DNA of 64,000 bases. It comes from Acidimicrobiales bacterium. Lineage in GTDB: Bacteria; Actinomycetota; Acidimicrobiia; Acidimicrobiales; SZUA-35. This document shows, in pieces, positions 58,357-64,000 of this stretch. The notes beneath the pieces are model-generated. The model was given only the letters and a program-made list of their open reading frames with translations. It made no database searches and was not told where the DNA came from. The DNA is taken from positions 383,174-447,173 of the forward strand of contig CBDHHN010000004.1 of the NCBI GenBank assembly GCA_965263455.1. The letters are read 5' to 3'. Each line of letters opens with the position of its first letter. Position 1 is the stretch's first letter. Both the position numbers and the translations under genes were made by a program.

Positions 58357-60920
58357 TGGCTGCGACCGACCTCCCGCCCCTGGTCGCCCACCTGCCGCCG
58401 GCCCCCGACCCCGACGCCCTGATCGACGGGTTCGTCGACTTCGTCGCCGATCAGGGGATCTCGCTCTACGACGCCCAGGAGGAGGCGATCCTCGAGTTGC
58501 TGGCGGGCAGCAACGTCATCCTCAACACCCCCACCGGCTCGGGCAAGTCGCTGGTGGCGGCGGCCGCCCACTACGCCGCCCTGGCCGACGACCGCCGCAG
58601 CTTCTACACCGCGCCGATCAAGGCCCTGGTGTCGGAGAAGTTCTTCGACCTGTGCCGCGATTTCGGAGCCGAGCGGGTGGGCATGGTCACCGGCGACGCC
58701 GCCGTCAACGCCGACGCCCCGATCATCTGCTGCACGGCCGAGATCCTGGCCAACCGGGCCCTGCGGGACGGCCCCGACACCGACGTGGACGTCGTCATCA
58801 TGGACGAGTTCCACTACTACGCCGACCCTCAACGAGGTTGGGCCTGGCAGGTGCCGCTGCTGGAACTCCCCCACTGCCAGTTCCTGCTGCTGTCGGCCAC
58901 GCTGGGGCCCACGGCCTTCTTCGAGGAGGAACTGACCCGCCGCACCGGCCGTCCGACGGCCCTGGTGGCGTCGGCCCAACGGCCGGTGCCGCTCGAGTTC
59001 GAGTACCGGCGCACGACGCTGCACGAGTCGATCTCGGAGCTGCTGTCCACCGACCGGGCCCCCATCTACCTCGTCCACTTCACCCAGCGGGAGGCGACCG
59101 AGGCGGCCCAGGGCTACCTGTCGCTCGATCCACTGTCGAAGGCCGAGAAGGAGCAGGTCAAGGAGGCCATCGGCGGGTTCCGGTTCGACTCCCCCATCGG
59201 CAAGGACCTGCGCCGCTACCTTCTGGGCGGGGTCGGGGTGCACCACGCCGGACTCCTGCCCAAGTATCGGCTGCTGGTCGAGAAGCTGGCCCAGGACGGC
59301 CTGCTGAAGATCATCTGCGGTACCGACACCCTCGGCGTCGGGGTCAACGTCCCCATCCGGTCGGTGCTGTTCACCCAGCTCTGCAAGTACGACGGCACGT
59401 CGACCCGGATCCTGCGCAACCGGGAGTTCGCCCAGATCGCCGGTCGGGCCGGGCGCCGCGGCTACGACTCGGTGGGCCACGTGTGGGTCCAGGAGCCGGC
59501 CCACGTGGTGGAGAACCTGGTGGCCCAGACCAAGGCGGCCAACGACCCGAAGCGCAAGAAGAAGCCGGTGAGGAAGAAGGCCCCGGAGCGGGGCTACGCC
59601 CACTGGAACGAGGACACCTACAACCGGATCGTCAACGGCGCCCCGGAACCGCTGTCGTCCTCGTTCCGGGTCAACCACCAGATGATCATGACCCTGCTCG
59701 ACCGGCCCGGCGACGGCTGCGGGGCCGTCCGCAGCCTGCTCACCGGCAACCACGAGACCCGCAAGCGCCGCCGCAACCACATCCGTCGCTCCATCGCCAT
59801 CTACCGGTCGCTCGTCGAGGCCGAGCTGCTGGAGATGCTGGACGAGCCCGATGATCAGGGGCGCCTGGTGCGGGTCACCCTCGACCTGCAGGACGACTTC
59901 GCCCTCCACCAGCCCCTGTCGCTGTGGGCCATCGAAGCCATCGAGCAGCTCGACGAGGCCTGGTCGGAGGGGGGCGAGCCGGCCTTCGGGATGGACGACG
60001 ACGAGTCGCAGTACGCCCTGGCCGTGCTGACCGTGATCGAATCGGTGGTGGAGAACCCGGGCGTGATCATCGCCGCCCAGCTCGACGAGGCCAAGCGCGA
60101 CCTGTTGGCCGAGATGAAGTCGAACGGGATCGAGTACGAGGAGCGGATGGAGCGCCTGGCCGAGGTGGAGCCGCCCCGGCCCAACAAGGAGTGGCTGTAC
60201 CGCTCGTTCGACGCCTTCCGGGTCCGCCACCCCTGGGTCGGGGGCGACAACGTGGCGCCGAAGTCGATCGTGCGCGATCTCTACGAGCGGGCCATGACCT
60301 TCGGCGAGTTCGTCCAGCACTACGGGCTGAAGCGGTCGGAAGGGGTGGTGCTCCGGTATCTGTCGGACGTGTACAAGGCGCTGGTCCAGAACATCCCCGA
60401 GGAGGCCAAGGACGACGACGTCGTCGACCTGACCGAGTGGCTGGGCGAAGTCGTCCGGCAGGTGGACTCCAGCCTCCTCGACGAGTGGGAGCAGCTCCAG
60501 AACCCGTCCGAAGAGGGTGACGAGCATGCACCGGTCCGCCCACCCGAGGCCGAGCACGACGTCACCACCAACCACCGGGCCTTCGGGGTGATGGTCCGGC
60601 GGGAGGTGTTCCGTTGGGTGGAGCACCTGGCCCGCCGCCGCTACGACGACCTACCGCTCGATGCCGACCAGCTCGACGACCTGCGGGACGCCATGGGCGA
60701 GTACTGGGACGAGTTCGACGAGATCCTGCTCGACGGCGACGCCCGGGGCCCGCATCGGTTCATCCACGACCGGTCGGCCAACGAGGTGATCCAGATCCTC
60801 CATGACCCGGACGGCGTCGACGAGTGGCGCATCCGGGCCACCGTCGACCTGGCGGCCTCGGCCGAAGCGGGCCGTGCCGTGCTTCGCTGGAACGGGCTGG
60901 TCCGGGCCGGCGAAGGCTGA
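58356..60920 (+). CDS. Ski2-like DEAD/DEAH-box helicase with a long C-terminal extension (DUF3516-like)
   Basis: The GTG shares one base with the cofE stop (TAGTG). Shows LNTPTGSGKSLVA (motif I), MDEFHYY (DEFH box), LLSATL and GVHHAGLLP...TDTLGVGVNVP. Confidence 0.88.
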   Translation: MAATDLPPLVAHLPPAPDPDALIDGFVDFVADQGISLYDAQEEAILELLAGSNVILNTPTGSGKSLVAAAAHYAALADDRRSFYTAPIKALVSEKFFDLCRDFGAERVGMVTGDAAVNADAPIICCTAEILANRALRDGPDTDVDVVIMDEFHYYADPQRGWAWQVPLLELPHCQFLLLSATLGPTAFFEEELTRRTGRPTALVASAQRPVPLEFEYRRTTLHESISELLSTDRAPIYLVHFTQREATEAAQGYLSLDPLSKAEKEQVKEAIGGFRFDSPIGKDLRRYLLGGVGVHHAGLLPKYRLLVEKLAQDGLLKIICGTDTLGVGVNVPIRSVLFTQLCKYDGTSTRILRNREFAQIAGRAGRRGYDSVGHVWVQEPAHVVENLVAQTKAANDPKRKKKPVRKKAPERGYAHWNEDTYNRIVNGAPEPLSSSFRVNHQMIMTLLDRPGDGCGAVRSLLTGNHETRKRRRNHIRRSIAIYRSLVEAELLEMLDEPDDQGRLVRVTLDLQDDFALHQPLSLWAIEAIEQLDEAWSEGGEPAFGMDDDESQYALAVLTVIESVVENPGVIIAAQLDEAKRDLLAEMKSNGIEYEERMERLAEVEPPRPNKEWLYRSFDAFRVRHPWVGGDNVAPKSIVRDLYERAMTFGEFVQHYGLKRSEGVVLRYLSDVYKALVQNIPEEAKDDDVVDLTEWLGEVVRQVDSSLLDEWEQLQNPSEEGDEHAPVRPPEAEHDVTTNHRAFGVMVRREVFRWVEHLARRRYDDLPLDADQLDDLRDAMGEYWDEFDEILLDGDARGPHRFIHDRSANEVIQILHDPDGVDEWRIRATVDLAASAEAGRAVLRWNGLVRAGEG

Positions 60921-60970
60921 GCCGGTATCGGCCCGGGCCGCGCCGCGCCCGTCCGGTGCCGACCGATGCG

Positions 60971-61447
60971 TCAGGAGTTCTCGCTGGGGAGGGCCGAGGC
61001 CTCGGTCTCGATGCCGAGGGCCATGTTGATCCGGGTCGAGGAGTCGGCCTTGTCGTCGCCGCCCACGCCGAAGGCCATCTCGATCCCGTGCTCTTCGCAC
61101 ACTGCGGTCTCGGGCACGAAGTCGGGCTTGCGGTCGCCACCGTTGGCGAAGATCAGGCGATGATCGCCGCCGTACTTCTGGGCCGCCAGCTCCAACGAGG
61201 CCGACACGGTGCGGTCCTCGTCGACGGCGATGAAGGCGTCGTCGACGACCCGCAAGGCCTTGACGATGCGCAGGCGGGACTGCTCGTCCATGATGACCTT
61301 GCCCTTCTTGGCCACCTGCTGCGTGTTGTTGTTGACGATGACGATCAGCCGGTCGCCAAGGGCGGCGGCGGCCTCGATCATGTCGAGGTGGCCGTCGTGC
61401 AGGGGGCTGAAGAAGCCACTGACGATCACGGCGGTCGGTCGTTGCAT
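60971..61447 (-). CDS. cytidylyltransferase-family nucleotidyltransferase (HxGH type)
   Basis: VIVSGFFSPLHDGHLDMIEAA is the (T/H)xGH motif. 158 aa; the C-terminal region has ADSSTRI. The substrate cannot be told by eye. Confidence 0.75.
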   Translation of the reverse strand: MQRPTAVIVSGFFSPLHDGHLDMIEAAAALGDRLIVIVNNNTQQVAKKGKVIMDEQSRLRIVKALRVVDDAFIAVDEDRTVSASLELAAQKYGGDHRLIFANGGDRKPDFVPETAVCEEHGIEMAFGVGGDDKADSSTRINMALGIETEASALPSENS

Positions 61448-61499
61448 GCCTCACTCCACATTGAGTCGGGGACGTTTCGTACTGTAGCGGAGGCCCTTC

Positions 61500-62762
61500 T
61501 CAGGCCCGGGCCCGCCGGTCGTCGACGAGTTCGGCGACCAGCTGCTCGTAACGTTCGGCCTGGTGGGAGGGGGTGAGCCACCGCTCGACGTGGGCTCGTC
61601 CCCGCGCCCCCATGGCGGCCAGACCGCCCCGGTCGGCCAGGAGCGTGCCGAGGGCATCGACAAAGGCGCCCGGATCCTCGGGCTCGACCACCAGGCCGGC
61701 CCCGGCCTCGGCCACCACCGTCGCCACCTCACTCCCGGCGTCGATCGAGGCCAGAATGGGCCGCCCGGCGGCCAGGTTGGCGTAGAGCTTCGACGGGGTG
61801 CTGGAGCGGGCCAGGCCCCGGCGGAGCAGGATCAGCTGGACGTCGGCCGCCCCCAGCACCTCGCTCACCTGTTCCCGAGGGGCGAAGTCGGCCACGGTGA
61901 CGTTGGCCAGGCCCGCCGCCCACCGGTCGACGTCGGGTCGGGCCGCCCCCTCCCCGTTGATGACGAAGTGGACCTCGGGCCGGTCCCGCCAGTGCTCGGC
62001 GGCGTGGCGGATGAGCTCGAACGGCTGCGAAAGCCCGACGTTGCCCGAATACATCACGACCAGCTTGTCGACCAGACCGTGGCGGCGTCGGTAGTCGTTG
62101 TCCCGCTCGACGAGGCGGACCCGATCGAGATCGACGAAGTTGGGGATGATGTGGACCTTGCCGCCCTGGTCGAGGGGAAGCTTGCCGGCCACGTTGTCGG
62201 CCTGATCCTGTGACAGCACGGTGACGGCGTCGGCCCGCCGGTAGACGGTGCGCTCGTGGCGACGGGCCAGGTCGATGACCCGGCGGTTGGTGAGGGCGCC
62301 GAGGTCGACGGCGATGTCGGGGAAGATGTCCTGGGTGTTGAACACCAGGGGCACCCGCCACCGGCGGGCGGCGACCCAACCGGCGTCGGCCAGGAAGATG
62401 GGGGGCGACATGGCGATCACGGCGTCCGGTCGGCGCCCGGCGACGGCCGCCATCGTCGCCAGGCCGGTGAACCCCCCGAACCCGAGGGCCCGGGCCGGGA
62501 TGTTGGTCTTGTCGGTCGGGAACGGCCACACCCGGACGATCCGGCCCCAGTCGGTCACCTCGGTTCGCCACGGGCGACCCCGCCACGTGGCCTCCACGGC
62601 GTGGCTCCGGTACCAGGGCAGGGCGGTCACGACGTCGATGCGGTGCCCCCGCTCGGCCAGGGCGTGGACCAGGCGGGTCATGACCTCGCCGGTGGCGGCG
62701 TGGAGGTCCGGCTCGAAGTGGGGGCACAGGACCAGGAGCCGCAAGGGAGGCACCACCGTCAT
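61500..62762 (-). CDS. GT4 family glycosyltransferase (WcaI-like)
   Basis: ORF 61500..63860 trimmed to MTVVPPLRLLVLCPHFEPD... (ATG 62762, overlapping the upstream stop). The C-terminal half has MYSGNVGLSQ, SSTPSKLYANLAAGRPILA (E/S-x7-E-like GT-B region). Confidence 0.85.
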   Translation of the reverse strand: MTVVPPLRLLVLCPHFEPDLHAATGEVMTRLVHALAERGHRIDVVTALPWYRSHAVEATWRGRPWRTEVTDWGRIVRVWPFPTDKTNIPARALGFGGFTGLATMAAVAGRRPDAVIAMSPPIFLADAGWVAARRWRVPLVFNTQDIFPDIAVDLGALTNRRVIDLARRHERTVYRRADAVTVLSQDQADNVAGKLPLDQGGKVHIIPNFVDLDRVRLVERDNDYRRRHGLVDKLVVMYSGNVGLSQPFELIRHAAEHWRDRPEVHFVINGEGAARPDVDRWAAGLANVTVADFAPREQVSEVLGAADVQLILLRRGLARSSTPSKLYANLAAGRPILASIDAGSEVATVVAEAGAGLVVEPEDPGAFVDALGTLLADRGGLAAMGARGRAHVERWLTPSHQAERYEQLVAELVDDRRARA

Positions 62763-63892
62763 GACCACGCCTCCAAGGCCCGCCGGTAGGCGTCGGCCAG
62801 GCGCCGGCCGGCGGCCCCGTCGTGGTAGTGGGCGGCTCGGGGAGGCCCCGCCGCGGTCAGGCGCCGGCGGGTCTCGGGCTCGGTCAGGACCCGGTCGACG
62901 GCCGCGGCCAGATCGTCGACGGCACCGACCGGAGCCGTAAGCGTCGCCCCGGCGCCGATCTCGCGCAGGGGCGGGATGTCGGAGGTGACGGTGGGGACAC
63001 CGCGGGCGAGCGCCTCGAGGACGGGGTTGCCGAAGCCCTCGTAGGCCGATGGGAACACCACGGCCTCCGCCGACCGGTACAGGGCGTCGAGGTCGGCCTC
63101 GTCGACCCGGCCCAGGCGATGGACCCGACGATCGAGCCCGAGCGAGGCGGTCAGCGCCCCCAGGGCTCCGGTCTCGGGACCGGGGCCGCCGGTGAACACC
63201 ACGGCCAGATCCGGGTGACGATCCCGGAGCCGGTCGAGGACGCCGATCAGGTCGGCGTGGCGCTTGTGGGCGTAGGCGATGGCGGGGAGCAGCAGGTACC
63301 GGCCGTAGCGATCCCGCAGCCGTCGATCGGTCTCCGGGTCGACCACCCCGGACTGGACCGGGGCCAGACCCTGGCTGACCACGGCCAACCGACGTTCGTC
63401 CAGCCCGAACCGCTCGACCAGGCGGTCGGCCGTGAACCGGCTGGGGGTCAGCACCAGCCGGGCCGAGCGTACGGCGTGGGGGATCATGGCCCCCAACCAT
63501 CGCCGCTTCACCAGGCCGAAGTTGGCCGGATGGTCGAGGGGCTGGACGTCGTGGACGGTGACCACCGCCGGTGAGGATCGCACCAGGGGAACGACGCCGC
63601 CGGCGTGGTGGACGACGGCGTCGCCTCGACCGGCGGCGGCCAGCCAACTGTGCTCGAGGGCGACCCGCCCGCCCTTGGCCCGCCCCGGATCGGGGGCCGT
63701 GACCACCTCGAACCGCTGGGCCAGGTCGGGGTGGCGCACGGTCAGCGCCGGGTTGGCGTAGAGGCGGAGGCGGATGTCGGGTCGTTCGGTGTCGGAGAGG
63801 GCCCGGAGCAGGCGCAGGGTGTACTCCTCGGAGCCGCCGACGACCCCGGGCACGAGCCACAGGAGGTTGACCCCGACCGTTGCCGTGCTCAC
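62759..63892 (-). CDS. GT4 family glycosyltransferase
   Basis: The GTG at 63892 overlaps the stop of the upstream partial gene (GTGA); an ATG at 63940 is an alternative. Shows VGVNLLWLVPGVVGGSEEY, AVVFPSAYEGFGNPVLEALARGVPTVTSD (GT-B EX7E region). Confidence 0.85.
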   Translation of the reverse strand: MSTATVGVNLLWLVPGVVGGSEEYTLRLLRALSDTERPDIRLRLYANPALTVRHPDLAQRFEVVTAPDPGRAKGGRVALEHSWLAAAGRGDAVVHHAGGVVPLVRSSPAVVTVHDVQPLDHPANFGLVKRRWLGAMIPHAVRSARLVLTPSRFTADRLVERFGLDERRLAVVSQGLAPVQSGVVDPETDRRLRDRYGRYLLLPAIAYAHKRHADLIGVLDRLRDRHPDLAVVFTGGPGPETGALGALTASLGLDRRVHRLGRVDEADLDALYRSAEAVVFPSAYEGFGNPVLEALARGVPTVTSDIPPLREIGAGATLTAPVGAVDDLAAAVDRVLTEPETRRRLTAAGPPRAAHYHDGAAGRRLADAYRRALEAWS

Positions 63893-64000
63893 AGGACGGC
63901 CCGGAACGACTCGACGTATCCGTCGGCGGTTGCGGCCCATGAGAGCTCGTGGGCCCGCTGACGGCCGCGGGCCACGAGCCGGGCCGTCTCGTCCCCGCCG
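63889..64000 (-). CDS. C-terminal end of a further glycosyltransferase (5' part beyond the window)
   Basis: My translation gives ...GGDETARLVARGRQRAHELSWAATADGYVESFRAVL*, with the stop at 63889-63891. This is the typical GT4 C-terminal FSW...TA...Y pattern. Confidence 0.5.
   Translation of the reverse strand, partial: GGDETARLVARGRQRAHELSWAATADGYVESFRAVL

Overview
Very GC-rich, actinobacterial-type chromosomal segment. Third codon positions are almost all G/C, so nearly every real gene is shadowed by long spurious Arg/Gly/Pro-rich ORFs on the other strand or frames. I chose among overlapping ORFs by recognisable conserved motifs, start context and operon layout. About 60 protein genes, one tRNA-Leu and the tmRNA can be supported. 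Most are core housekeeping genes in blocks that I recall as syntenic with mycobacteria: ribH; mec-cysO-cysM ... murI-rph-rdgB; smpB-ssrA; secA-prfB-ftsE-ftsX; ahcY, manA, ftsH; cofD/cofE (fbiA/fbiB-like). Metabolic extras are a Co-type nitrile hydratase cluster (beta, alpha, His-rich accessory protein), acyl-CoA dehydrogenase, enoyl-CoA hydratase and an M20 amidohydrolase. There is also a large amount of cell-envelope glycan machinery: a GtrA-GT2 fusion coupled to a 1037-aa membrane protein, a 1051-aa GT2-membrane fusion with DUF5719-like and thioredoxin-like partners, gmd+rmd, a cytidylyltransferase and three GT4 genes. Many genes are joined by 1- or 4-nt start/stop overlaps (ATGA/GTGA/TGATG). 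I found no CRISPR array, transposase, integrase, toxin-antitoxin pair or recognisable defence system. The items most worth a second look are listed here. (1) secA loses its zinc-finger tail to a net +1 frame change at a poly(Ser-Thr) hexamer repeat, and the same repeat type recurs in two other genes. (2) A translationally coupled PilM-like tail-anchored protein / OmpA-like protein / orphan solute-binding lipoprotein trio sits between ssrA and ftsX. (3) An HTH plus coiled-coil gene, with an orphan terminator-like hairpin and palindromes, sits in a conserved synteny slot. (4) The glycan gene sets are compatible with a GDP-D-rhamnose-based polymer. Everything rests on reading the sequence and on remembered family motifs; no searches were run.
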